NCBI GenBank assembly: GCA_964057225.1
Contig: OZ059896.1
Location: 1,178,001-1,242,000 of the forward strand
DNA length: 64,000 nucleotides
Source of the DNA: Auanema rhodensis
Lineage: Eukaryota; Animalia; Nematoda
Direction of reading: 5' to 3'
In this document: positions 28,001 through 40,670 of the stretch, piece by piece
How the letters are laid out: each line of letters opens with the position of its first letter
How positions within the stretch are numbered: position 1 is the first letter of the stretch
The notes under the pieces: model-generated
Told to the model about the DNA's origin: nothing
Database searches by the model: none
The model's input: only the letters and a program-made list of their open reading frames with translations
Translations under genes and position numbers: made by a program

Positions 28001-31000
28001 CTTAAAAATGCACCGAGATATCAACTGATATAAGTTCACACTTATATCCTCGATTTTCACCCTGAAGAATTAATTTTTTCGTTGAATAACATTGTCCATC
28101 GTTTTTGCCTTGAAAAAAGGAATCTAAAAACATCTACTTTTTGCTAAATTATTTTGAAATTTTTCGAAAAAATTTTTGTCAAAATGTTTTTGGAAGCAAT
28201 TTTGAGTGTACATGGAAACTCAACATACACTAATGTATCATTTTTCAAACAATCATAACTAATTTTTGTATTAAGCGTTTCTTAATGTATTATAGTGCAT
28301 TCGATGCGGATTTTTAAGCTGCTTCGATCTGTGTTATCAGATTTGCGCTAGCTTAAAAATGCACCGAGATATCAACTGATATAAGTTCACACTTATATCC
28401 TCGATTTTCACCCTGAAGAATTAATTTTTTCGTTGAATAACATTGTCCATCGTTTTTGCCTTGAAAAAAGGAATCTAAAAACATCTACTTTTTGCGAAAT
28501 TATTTTGAAATTTTTCGAAAAAATTTTGTCAAAATGTTTTTGGAAGCAATTTTGAGTGTACATGGAAACTCAACATACACTAATGCATCATTTTTCAAAC
28601 GATCATAACTAATTTTTGTGATGAGCGTTTCTCCATGTAGTATAATGCATTCGATGCGGATTTTTAAGCTGCGTCGATCTGTGTTATCAGATTTGCACTA
28701 GCTTAAAAATGCACCGAGATATCAACTGATATAAGTTCACACTTATATCCTCGATTTTCACCCTGAAGAATTAATTTTTTCGTTGAATAACATTGTCCAT
28801 CGTTTTTGCCTTGAAAGAAGGAATCTAAAAACATCTACTTTTTGCTAAATTATTTTGAAATTTTTCGAAAAAATTTTTGTCAAAATGTTTTTGGAAGCAA
28901 TTTTGAGTGTACATGGAAACTCAACATACACTAATGCATCATTTTTCAAACGATCATAACTAATTTTTGTGATGAGCGTTTCTCCATGTAGTATAATGCA
29001 TTCGATGCGGTTTTTTAAGCTGCGTCGATCTGTGTTATCAGATTTGCGCTAGCTTAAAAATGCACCGAGATATTAACTGATATAAGTTCACACTTATATC
29101 CTCGATTTTCACCCTGAAGAATTAATTTTTTCGTTGAATAACATTGTCCATCGTTTTTGCCTCAAAAAAAGGAATTTAAAAACATCTACTTTTTGCGAAA
29201 TTATTTTGAAATTTTTCGAAAAAATTTTGTCAAAATGTTTTTGGAAGCAATTTTGAGTGTACATGGAAACTCAACATACACTAATGCATCATTTTTCAAA
29301 CGATCATAACTAATTTTTGTGATGAGCGTTTCTCCATGTAGTATAATGCATTCGATGCGGATTTTTAAGCTGCGTCGATCTGTGTTATCAGATTTGCACT
29401 AGCTTAAAAATGCACCGAGATATCAACTGATATAAGTTCACACTTATATCCTCGATTTTCACCCTGAAGAATTAATTTTTTCGTTGAATAACATTGTCCA
29501 TCGTTTTTGCCTTGAAAGAAGGAATCTAAAAACATCTACTTTTTGCTAAATTATTTTGAAATTTTTCGAAAAAATTTTTGTCAAAATGTTTTTGGAAGCA
29601 ATTTTGAGTGTACATGGAAACTCAACATACACTAATGCATCATTTTTCAAACGATCATAACTAATTTTTGTGATGAGCGTTTCTCCATGTAGTATAATGC
29701 ATTCGATGCGGATTTTTAAGCTGCGTCGATCTGTGTTATCAGATTTGCACTAGCTTAAAAATGCACCGAGATATTAACTGATATAAGTTCACACTTATAT
29801 CCTCGATTTTCACCCTGAAGAATTAATTTTTTCGTTGAATAACATTGTCCATCGTTTTTGCCTTGAAAGAAGGAATCTAAAAACATCTACTTTTTGCTAA
29901 ATTATTTTGAAATTTTTCGAAAAAATTTTTGTCAAAATGTTTTTGGAAGCAATTTTGAGTGTACATGGAAACTCAACATACACTAATGCATCATTTTTCA
30001 AACGATCATAACTAATTTTTGTATTAAGCTTTTCTTAATGTAGTATAGTGCATTCGATGCGGACTTTTAAGCTGCGTCGATCTGTGTTATCAGATTTGCG
30101 CTAGCTTAAAAATGCACCGAGATATCAACTGATATAAGTTCACACTTATATCCTCGATTTTCACCCTGAAGAATTAATTTTTTCGTTGAATAACATTGTC
30201 CATCGTTTTTGCCTTGAAAAAAGGAATCTAAAAACATCTACTTTTTGCTAAATTATTTTGAAATTTTTCGAAAAAATTTTTGTCAAAATGTTTTTGGAAG
30301 CAATTTTGAGTGTACATGGAAACTCAACATACACTAATGTATCATTTTTCAAACAATCATAACTAATTTTTGTATTAAGCTTTCCTCAATGTAATATAGT
30401 GCATTCGATGCGGATTTTTAAGCTGCGTCGATCTGTGTTATCAGATTTGCGCTAGCTTAAAAATGCACCGAGATATCAACTGATATAAGTTCACACTTAT
30501 ATCCTCGATTTTCACCCTGAAGAATTAATTTTTTCGTTGAATAACATTGTCCATCGTTTTTGCCTTGAAAAAAGGAATCTAAAAACATCTACTTTTTGCT
30601 AAATTATTTTGAAATTTTTCGAAAAAATTTTTGTCAAAATGTTTTTGGAAGCAATTTTGAGTGTACATGGAAACTCAACATACACTAATGCATCATTTTT
30701 CAAACGATCATAACTAATTTTTGTATTGAGCGTTTCTTAATGTATTATAGTGCATTCGATGCGGATTTTTAAGCTGCTTCGATCTGTGTTATCAGATTTG
30801 CGCTAGCTTAAAAATGCACCGAGATATCAACTGATATAAGTTCACACTTATATCCTCGATTTTCACCCTGAAGAATTAATTTTTTCGTTGAATAACATTG
30901 TCCATCGTTTTTGCCTCGAAAAAAGGAATCTAAAAACATCTACTTTTTGCTAAATTATTTTGAAATTTTTCGAAAAAATTTTTGTCAAAATGTTTTTGGA

Positions 31001-34000
31001 AGCAATTTTGAGTGTACATGGAAACTCAACATACACTAATGCATCATTTTTCAAACGATCATAACTAATTTTTGTATTAAGCTTTTCTTAATGTAGTATA
31101 GTGCATTCGATGCGGACTTTTAAGCTGCGTCGATCTATGTTATCAGATTTGCGCTAGCTTAAAAATGCACCGAGATATTAACTGATATAAGTTCACACTT
31201 ATATCCTCGATTTTCACCCTGAAGAATTAATTTTTTCGTTCAATAACATTGTCCATCGTTTTTGCCTCAAAAAAAGGAATCTAAAAACATCTACTTTTTG
31301 CGAAATTATTTTGAAATTTTTCGAAAAAATTTTGTCAAAATGTTTTTGGAAGCAATGTTGAGTGTACATGGAAACTCAACATACACTAATGCATCATTTT
31401 TCAAACGATCATAACTAATTTTTGTGATGAGCGTTTCTCCATGTAGTATAATGCATTCGATGCGGATTTTTAAGCTGCGTCGATCTGTGTTATCAGATTT
31501 GCGCTAGCTTAAAAATGCACCGAGATATCAACTGATATAAGTTCACACTTATATCCTCGATTTTCACCCTGAAGAATTAATTTTTTCGTTGAATAACATT
31601 GTCCATCGTTTTTGCCTTGAAAGAAGGAATCTAAAAACATCTACTTTTTGCTAAATTATTTTGAAATTTTTCGAAAAAATTTTTGTCAAAATGTTTTTGG
31701 AAGCAATTTTGAGTGTACATGGAAACTCAACATACACTAATGCATCATTTTTCAAACGATCATAACTAATTTTTGTATTAAGCTTTTCTTAATGTAGTAT
31801 AGTGCATTCGATGCGGACTTTTAAGCTGCGTCGATCTATGTTATCAGATTTGCGCTAGCTTAAAAATGCACCGAGATATTAACTGATATAAGTTCACACT
31901 TATATCCTCGATTTTCACCCTGAAGAATTAATTTTTTCGTTGAATAACATTGTCCTTCGTTTTTGCCTCAAAAAAAGGAATCTAAAAACATCTACTTTTT
32001 GCGAAATTATTTTGAAATTTTTCGAAAAAATTTTGTCAAAATGTTTTTGGAAGCAATGTTGAGTGTACATGGAAACTCAACATACACTAATGCATCATTT
32101 TTCAAACGATCATAACTAATTTTTGTGATGAGCGTTTCTCCATGTAGTATAATGCATTCGATGCGGATTTTTAAGCTGCGTCGATCTGTGTTATCAGATT
32201 TGCGCTAGCTTAAAAATGCACCGAGATATTAACTGATATAAGTTCACACTTATATCCTCGATTTTCACCCTGAAGAATTAATTTTTTCGTTGAATAACAT
32301 TGTCCATCGTTTTTGCCTTGAAAGAAGGAATCTAAAAACATCTACTTTTTGCTAAATTATTTTGAAATTTTTCGAAAAAATTTTTGTCAAAATGTTTTTG
32401 GAAGCAATTTTGAGTGTACATGGAAACTCAACATACACTAATGCATCATTTTTCAAACGATCATAACTAATTTTTGTATTAAGCTTTTCTTAATGTAGTA
32501 TAGTGCATTCGATGCGGACTTTTAAGCTGCGTCGATTTATGTTATCAGATTTGCGCTAGCTTAAAAATGCACCGAGATATTAACTGATATAAGTTCACAC
32601 TTATATCCTCGATTTTCACCCTGAAGAATTAATTTTTTCGTTGAATAACATTGTCCTTCGTTTTTGCCTCAAAAAAAGGAATCTAAAAACATCTACTTTT
32701 TGCGAAATTATTTTGAAATTTTTCGAAAAAATTTTGTCAAAATGTTTTTGGAAGCAATGTTGAGTGTACATGGAAACTCAACATACACTAATGCATCATT
32801 TTTCAAACGATCATAACTAATTTTTGTGATGAGCGTTTCTCAATGTAGTATAGTGCATTCGATGCGGACTTTTAAGCTGCGTCGATCTGTGTTATCAGAT
32901 TTGCGCTAGCTTAAAAATGCACCGAGATATTAACTGATATAAGTTCACACTTATATCCTCGATTTTCCCCCTGAAGAATTAATTTTTTCGTTGAATAACA
33001 TTGTCCATCGTTTTTGCCTTGAAAGAAGGAATCTAAAAACATCTACTTTTTGCTAAATTATTTTGAAATTTTTCGAAAAAATTTTTGTCAAAATGTTTTT
33101 GGAAGCAATGTTGAGTGTACATGGAAACTCAACATACACTAATGCATCATTTTTCAAACGATCATAACTAATTTTTGTGATGAGCGTTTCTCCATGTAGT
33201 ATAATGCATTCGATGCGGATTTTTAAGCTGCGTCGATCTGTGTTATCAGATTTGCGCTAGCTTAAAAATGCACCGAGATATTAACTGATATAAGTTCACA
33301 CTTATATCCTCGATTTTCACCCTGAAGAATTAATTTTTTCGTTGAATAACATTGTCCATCGTTTTTGCCTCAAAAAAAGGAATCTAAAAACATCTACTTT
33401 TTGCGAAATTATTTTGAAATTTTTCGAAAAAATTTTGTCAAAATGTTTTTGGAAGCAATGTTGAGTGTACATGGAAACTCAACATACACTAATGCATCAT
33501 TTTTCAAACGATCATAACTAATTTTTGTGATGAGCGTTTCTCCATGTAGTATAATGCATTCGATGCGGATTTTTAAGCTGCGTCGATCTGTGTTATCAGA
33601 TTTGCGCTAGCTTAAAAATGCACCGAGATATCAACTGATATAAGTTCACACTTATATCCTCGATTTTCACCCTGAAGAATTAATTTTTTCGTTGAATAAC
33701 ATTGTCCATCGTTTTTGCCTTGAAAGAAGGAATCTAAAAACATCTACTTTTTGCTAAATTATTTTGAAATTTTTCGAAAAAATTTTTGTCAAAATGTTTT
33801 TGGAAGCAATTTTGAGTGTACATGGAAATTCAACATACACTAATGCATCATTTTTCAAACGATCATAACTAATTTTTGTATTAAGCTTTTCTTAATGTAG
33901 TATAGTGCATTCGATGCGGACTTTTAAGCTGCGTCGATCTATGTTATCAGATTTGCGCTAGCTTAAAAATGCACCGAGATATTAACTGATATAAGTTCAC

Positions 34001-37000
34001 ACTTATATCCTCGATTTTCACCCTGAAGAATTAATTTTTTCGTTGAATAACATTGTCCATCGTTTTTGCCTCAAAAAAAGGAATCTAAAAACATCTACTT
34101 TTTGCGAAATTATTTTGAAATTTTTCGAAAAAATTTTGTCAAAATGTTTTTGGAAGCAATGTTGAGTGTACATGGAAACTCAACATACACTAATGCATCA
34201 TTTTTCAAACGATCATAACTAATTTTTGTGATGAGCGTTTCTCAATGTAGTATAGTGCATTCGATGCGGACTTTTAAGCTGCGTCGATCTGTGTTATCAG
34301 ATTTGCGCTAGCTTAAAAATGCACCGAGATATTAACTGATATAAGTTCACACTTATATCCTCGATTTTCCCCCTGAAGAATTAATTTTTTCGTTGAATAA
34401 CATTGTCCATCGTTTTTGCCTTGAAAGAAGGAATCTAAAAACATCTACTTTTTGCTAAATTATTTTGAAATTTTTCGAAAAAATTTTTGTCAAAATGTTT
34501 TTGGAAGCAATGTTGAGTGTACATGGAAACTCAACATACACTAATGCATCATTTTTCAAACGATCATAACTAATTTTTGTGATGAGCGTTTCTCCATGTA
34601 GTATAATGCATTCGATGCGGATTTTTAAGCTGCGTCGATCTGTGTTATCAGATTTGCGCTAGCTTAAAAATGCACCGAGATATTAACTGATATAAGTTCA
34701 CACTTATATCCTCGATTTTCACCCTGAAGAATTAATTTTTTCGTTGAATAACATTGTCCATCGTTTTTGCCTCAAAAAAAGGAATCTAAAAACATCTACT
34801 TTTTGCGAAATTATTTTGAAATTTTTCGAAAAAATTTTGTCAAAATGTTTTTGGAAGCAATGTTGAGTGTACATGGAAACTCAACATACACTAATGCATC
34901 ATTTTTCAAACGATCATAACTAATTTTTGTGATGAGCGTTTCTCCATGTAGTATAATGCATTCGATGCGGATTTTTAAGCTGCGTCGATCTGTGTTATCA
35001 GATTTGCGCTAGCTTAAAAATGCACCGAGATATCAACTGATATAAGTTCACACTTATATCCTCGATTTTCACCCTGAAGAATTAATTTTTTCGTTGAATA
35101 ACATTGTCCATCGTTTTTGCCTTGAAAGAAGGAATCTAAAAACATCTACTTTTTGCTAAATTATTTTGAAATTTTTCGAAAAAATTTTTGTCAAAATGTT
35201 TTTGGAAGCAATTTTGAGTGTACATGGAAATTCAACATACACTAATGCATCATTTTTCAAACGATCATAACTAATTTTTGTATTAAGCTTTTCTTAATGT
35301 AGTATAGTGCATTCGATGCGGACTTTTAAGCTGCGTCGATCTATGTTATCAGATTTGCGCTAGCTTAAAAATGCACCGAGATATTAACTGATATAAGTTC
35401 ACACTTATATCCTCGATTTTCACCCTGAAGAATTAATTTTTTCGTTGAATAACATTGTCCATCGTTTTTGCCTCAAAAAAAGGAATCTAAAAACATCTAC
35501 TTTTTGCGAAATTATTTTGAAATTTTTCGAAAAAATTTTGTCAAAATGTTTTTGGAAGCAATGTTGAGTGTACATGGAAACTCAACATACACTAATGCAT
35601 CATTTTTCAAACGATCATAACTAATTTTTGTGATGAGCGTTTCTCCATGTAGTATAATGCATTCGATGCGGATTTTTAAGCTGCGTCGATCTGTGTTATC
35701 AGATTTGCGCTAGCTTAAAAATGCACCGAGATATTAACTGATATAAGTTCACACTTATATCCTCGATTTTCACCCTGAAGAATTAATTTTTTCGTTGAAT
35801 AACATTGTCCATCGTTTTTGCCTCAAAAAAAGGAATTTAAAAACATCTACTTTTTGCGAAATTATTTTGAAATTTTTCGAAAAAATTTTGTCAAAATGTT
35901 TTTGGAAGCAATGTTGAGTGTACATGGAAACTCAACATACACTAATGCATCATTTTTCAAACGATCATAACTAATTTTTGTGATGAGCGTTTCTCCATGT
36001 AGTATAGTGCATTCGATGCGGATTTTTAAGCTGCGTCGATCTGTGTTATCAGATTTGAGTTAACTTAAAAATGCACCGAGATATTAACTGATATAAGTTC
36101 ACACTTATATCCTCGATTTTCCCCCTGAAGAATTAATTTTTTCGTTGAATAACATTGTCCATCGTTTTTGCCTTGAAAGAAGGAATCTAAAAACATCTAC
36201 TTTTTGCTAAATTATTTTGAAATTTTTCGAAAAAATTTTTGTCAAAATGTTTTTGGAAGCAATGTTGAGTGTACATGGAAACTCAACATACACTAATGCA
36301 TCATTTTTCAAACGATCATAACTAATTTTTGTGATGAGCGTTTCTCCATGTAGTATAATGCATTCGATGCGGATTTTTAAGCTGCGTCGATCTGTGTTAT
36401 CAGATTTGCGCTAGCTTAAAAATGCACCGAGATATTAACTGATATAAGTTCACACTTATATCCTCGATTTTCACCCTGAAGAATTAATTTTTTCGTTGAA
36501 TAACATTGTCCATCGTTTTTGCCTCAAAAAAAGGAATTTAAAAACATCTACTTTTTGCGAAATTATTTTGAAATTTTTCGAAAAAATTTTGTCAAAATGT
36601 TTTTGGAAGCAATGTTGAGTGTACATGGAAACTCAACATACAGTAATGCATCATTTTTCAAACGATCATAACTAATTTTTGTGATGAGCGTTTCTCCATG
36701 TAGTATAATGCATTCGATGCGGATTTTTAAGCTGCGTCGATCTGTGTTATCAGATTTGCGCCAGCTTAAAAATGCACCGAGATATCAACTGATATAAGTT
36801 CACACTTATATCCTCGATTTTCACCCTGAAGAATTAATTTTTTCGTTGAATAACATTGTCCATCGTTTTTGCCTTGAAAGAAGGAATCTAAAAACATCTA
36901 CTTTTTGCTAAATTATTTTGAAATTTTTCGAAAAAATTTTTGTCAAAATGTTTTTGGAAGCAATTTTGAGTGTACATGGAAACTCAACATACACTAATGC

Positions 37001-40000
37001 ATCATTTTTCAAACGATCATAACTAATTTTTGTATTAAGCTTTTCTCAATGTAATATAGTGCATTCGATGCGGTTTTTTAAGCTGCGTCGATCTGTGTTA
37101 TCAGATTTGCGCTAGCTTAAAAATGCACCGAGATATTAACTGATATAAGTTCACACTTATATCCTCGATTTTCACCCTGAAGAATTAATTTTTTCGTTGA
37201 ATAACATTGTCCATCGTTTTTGCCTCAAAAAAAGGAATCTAAAAACATCTACTTTTTGCGAAATTATTTTGAAATTTTTTGAAAAAATTTTGTCAAAATG
37301 TTTTTGGAAGCAATGTTGAGTGTACATGGAAACTCAACATACACTAATGCATCATTTTTCAAACGATCATAACTAATTTTTGTGATGAGCGTTTCTCCAT
37401 GTAGTATAATGCATTCGATGCGGATTTTTAAGCTGCGTCGATCTGTGTTATCAGATTTGCGCTAGCTTAAAAATGCACCGAGATATCAACTGATATAAGT
37501 TCACACTTATATCCTCGATTTTCACCCTGAAGAATTAATTTTTTCGTTGAATAACATTGTCCATCGTTTTTGCCTCAAAAAAAGGAATCTAAAAACATCT
37601 ACTTTTTGCTAAATTATTTTGAAATTTTTCGAAAAAATTTTTGTCAAAATGTTTTTGGAAGCAATTTTGAGTGTACATGGAAACTCAACATACACTAATG
37701 CATCATTTTTCAAACGATCATAACTAATTTTTGTATTAAGCTTTTCTCAATGTAGTATAGTGCATTCGATGCGGACTTTTAAGCTGCGTCGATCTGTGTT
37801 ATCAGATTTGCGCTAGCTTAAAAATGCACCGAGATATTAACTGATATAAGTTCACACTTATATCCTCGATTTTCACCCTGAAGAATTAATTTTTTCGTTG
37901 AATAACATTGTCCATCGTTTTTGCCTTGAAAGAAGGAATCTAAAAACATCTACTTTTTGCTAAATTATTTTGAAATTTTTCGAAAAAATTTTTGTCAAAA
38001 TGTTTTTGGAAGCAATTTTGAGTGTACATGGAAACTCAACATACACTAATGCATCATTTTTCAAACGATCATAACTAATTTTTGTATTAAGCTTTTCTCA
38101 ATGTCATATAGTGCATTCGATGCGGTTTTTTAAGCTGCGTCGATCTGTGTTATCAGATTTGCGCTAGCTTAAAAATGCACCGAGATATTAACTGATATAA
38201 GTTCACACTTATATCCTCGATTTTCACCCTGAAGAATTAATTTTTTCGTTGAATAACATTGTCCATCGTTTTTGCCTCAAAAAAAGGAATCTAAAAACAT
38301 CTACTTTTTGCGAAATTATTTTGAAATTTTTCGAAAAAATTTTGTCAAAATGTTTTTGGAAGCAATGTTGAGTGTACATGGAAACTCAACATACACTAAT
38401 GCATCATTTTTCAAACGATCATAACTAATTTTTGTGATGAGCGTTTCTCCATGTAGTATAATGCATTCGATGCGGATTTTTAAGCTGCGTCGATCTGTGT
38501 TATCAGATTTGCGCTAGCTTAAAAATGCACCGAGATATTAACTGATATAAGTTCACACTTATATCCTCGATTTTCACCCTGAAGAATTAATTTTTTCGTT
38601 GAATAACATTGTCCATCGTTTTTGCCTTGAAAGAAGGAATCTAAAAACATCTACTTTTTGCTAAATTATTTTGAAATTTTTCGAAAAAATTTTTGTCAAA
38701 ATGTTTTTGGAAGCAATTTTGAGTGTACATGGAAACTCAACATACACTAATGCATCATTTTTCAAACGATCATAACTAATTTTTGTGATGAGCGTTTCTC
38801 CATGTAGTATAATGCATTCGATGCGGATTTTTAAGCTGCGTCGATCTGTGTTATCAGATTTGCGCTAGCTTAAAAATGCACCGAGATATTAACTGATATA
38901 AGTTCACACTTATATCCTCGATTTTCACCCTGAAGAATTAATTTTTTCGTTGAATAACATTGTCCATCGTTTTTGCCTTGAAAGAAGGAATCTAAAAACA
39001 TCTACTTTTTGCTAAATTATTTTGAAATTTTTCGAAAAAATTTTTGTCAAAATGTTTTTGGAAGCAATTTTGAGTGTACATGGAAACTCAACATACACTA
39101 ATGCATCATTTTTCAAACGATCATAACTAATTTTTGTATTAAGCTTTTCTCAATGTAGTATAGTGCATTCGATGCGGACTTTTAAGCTGCGTCGATCTGT
39201 GTTATCAGATTTGCGCTAGCTTAAAAATGCACCGAGATATTAACTGATATAAGTTCACACTTATATCCTCGATTTTCACCCTGAAGAATTAATTTTTTCG
39301 TTGAATAACGTTGTCCATCGTTTTTGCCTTGAAAGAAGGAATCTAAAAACATCTACTTTTTGCTAAATTATTTTGAAATTTTTCGAAAAAATTTTTGTCA
39401 AAATGTTTTTGGAAGCAATGTTGAGTGTACATGGAAACTCAACATACACTAATGCATCATTTTTCAAACGATCATAACTAATTTTTGTGATGAGCGTTTC
39501 TCCATGTAGTATAATGCATTCGATGCGGATTTTTAAGCTGCGTCGATCTGTGTTATCAGATTTGCGCTAGCTTAAAAATGCACCGAGATATTAACTGATA
39601 TAAGTTCACACTTATATCCTCGATTTTCACCCTGAAGAATTAATTTTTTCGTTGAATAACATTGTCCATCGTTTTTGCCTCAAAAAAAGGAATTTAAAAA
39701 CATCTACTTTTTGCGAAATTATTTTGAAATTTTTCGAAAAAATTTTGTCAAAATGTTTTTGGAAGCAATGTTGAGTGTACATGGAAACTCAACATACACT
39801 AATGCATCATTTTTCAAACGATCATAACTAATTTTTGTGATGAGCGTTTCTCCATGTAGTATAATGCATTCGATGCGGATTTTTAAGCTGCGTCGATCTG
39901 TGTTATCAGATTTGCGCCAGCTTAAAAATGCACCGAGATATCAACTGATATAAGTTCACACTTATATCCTCGATTTTCACCCTGAAGAATTAATTTTTTC

Positions 40001-40546
40001 GTTGAATAACATTGTCCATCGTTTTTGCCTTGAAAGAAGGAATCTAAAAACATCTACTTTTTGCTAAATTATTTTGAAATTTTTCGAAAAAATTTTTGTC
40101 AAAATGTTTTTGGAAGCAATTTTGAGTGTACATGGAAACTCAACATACACTAATGCATCATTTTTCAAACGATCATAACTAATTTTTGTATTAAGCTTTT
40201 CTCAATGTAATATAGTGCATTCGATGCGGTTTTTTAAGCTGCGTCGATCTGTGTTATCAGATTTGCGCTAGCTTAAAAATGCACCGAGATATTAACTGAT
40301 ATAAGTTCACACTTATATCCTCGATTTTCACCCTGAAGAATTAATTTTTTCGTTGAATAACATTGTCCATCGTTTTTGCCTCAAAAAAAGGAATCTAAAA
40401 ACATCTACTTTTTGCGAAATTATTTTGAAATTTTTTGAAAAAATTTTGTCAAAATGTTTTTGGAAGCAATGTTGAGTGTACATGGAAACTCAACATACAC
40501 TAATGCATCATTTTTCAAACGATCATAACTAATTTTTGTGATGAGC

Positions 40547-40670
40547 TGGAAAAAATTTTTTCGAAAAATTTCAAAATAATTTAGCAAAAAGTAGATGTTT
40601 TTAGATTCCTTCTTTCAAGGCAAAAACGATGGACAATGTTATTTTTCAAACGATCATAACTAATTTTTGT
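40547..40670. other. Complex templated insertion within the array: TGGA + 93-bp inverted monomer fragment + re-copied forward fragment
   Basis: 40551-40643 is the reverse complement of monomer pos 35-127. 40641-40671 repeats 40510-40540. The array resumes at monomer pos 258 (GGTTTTTTAAGCT) at 40671. Confidence 0.95.

Noticed and set aside
40547-40670. Transposon or MITE insertion
   Set aside because: The insert is made of satellite-derived pieces apart from 4 nt, with no terminal inverted repeats or short target-site duplication.
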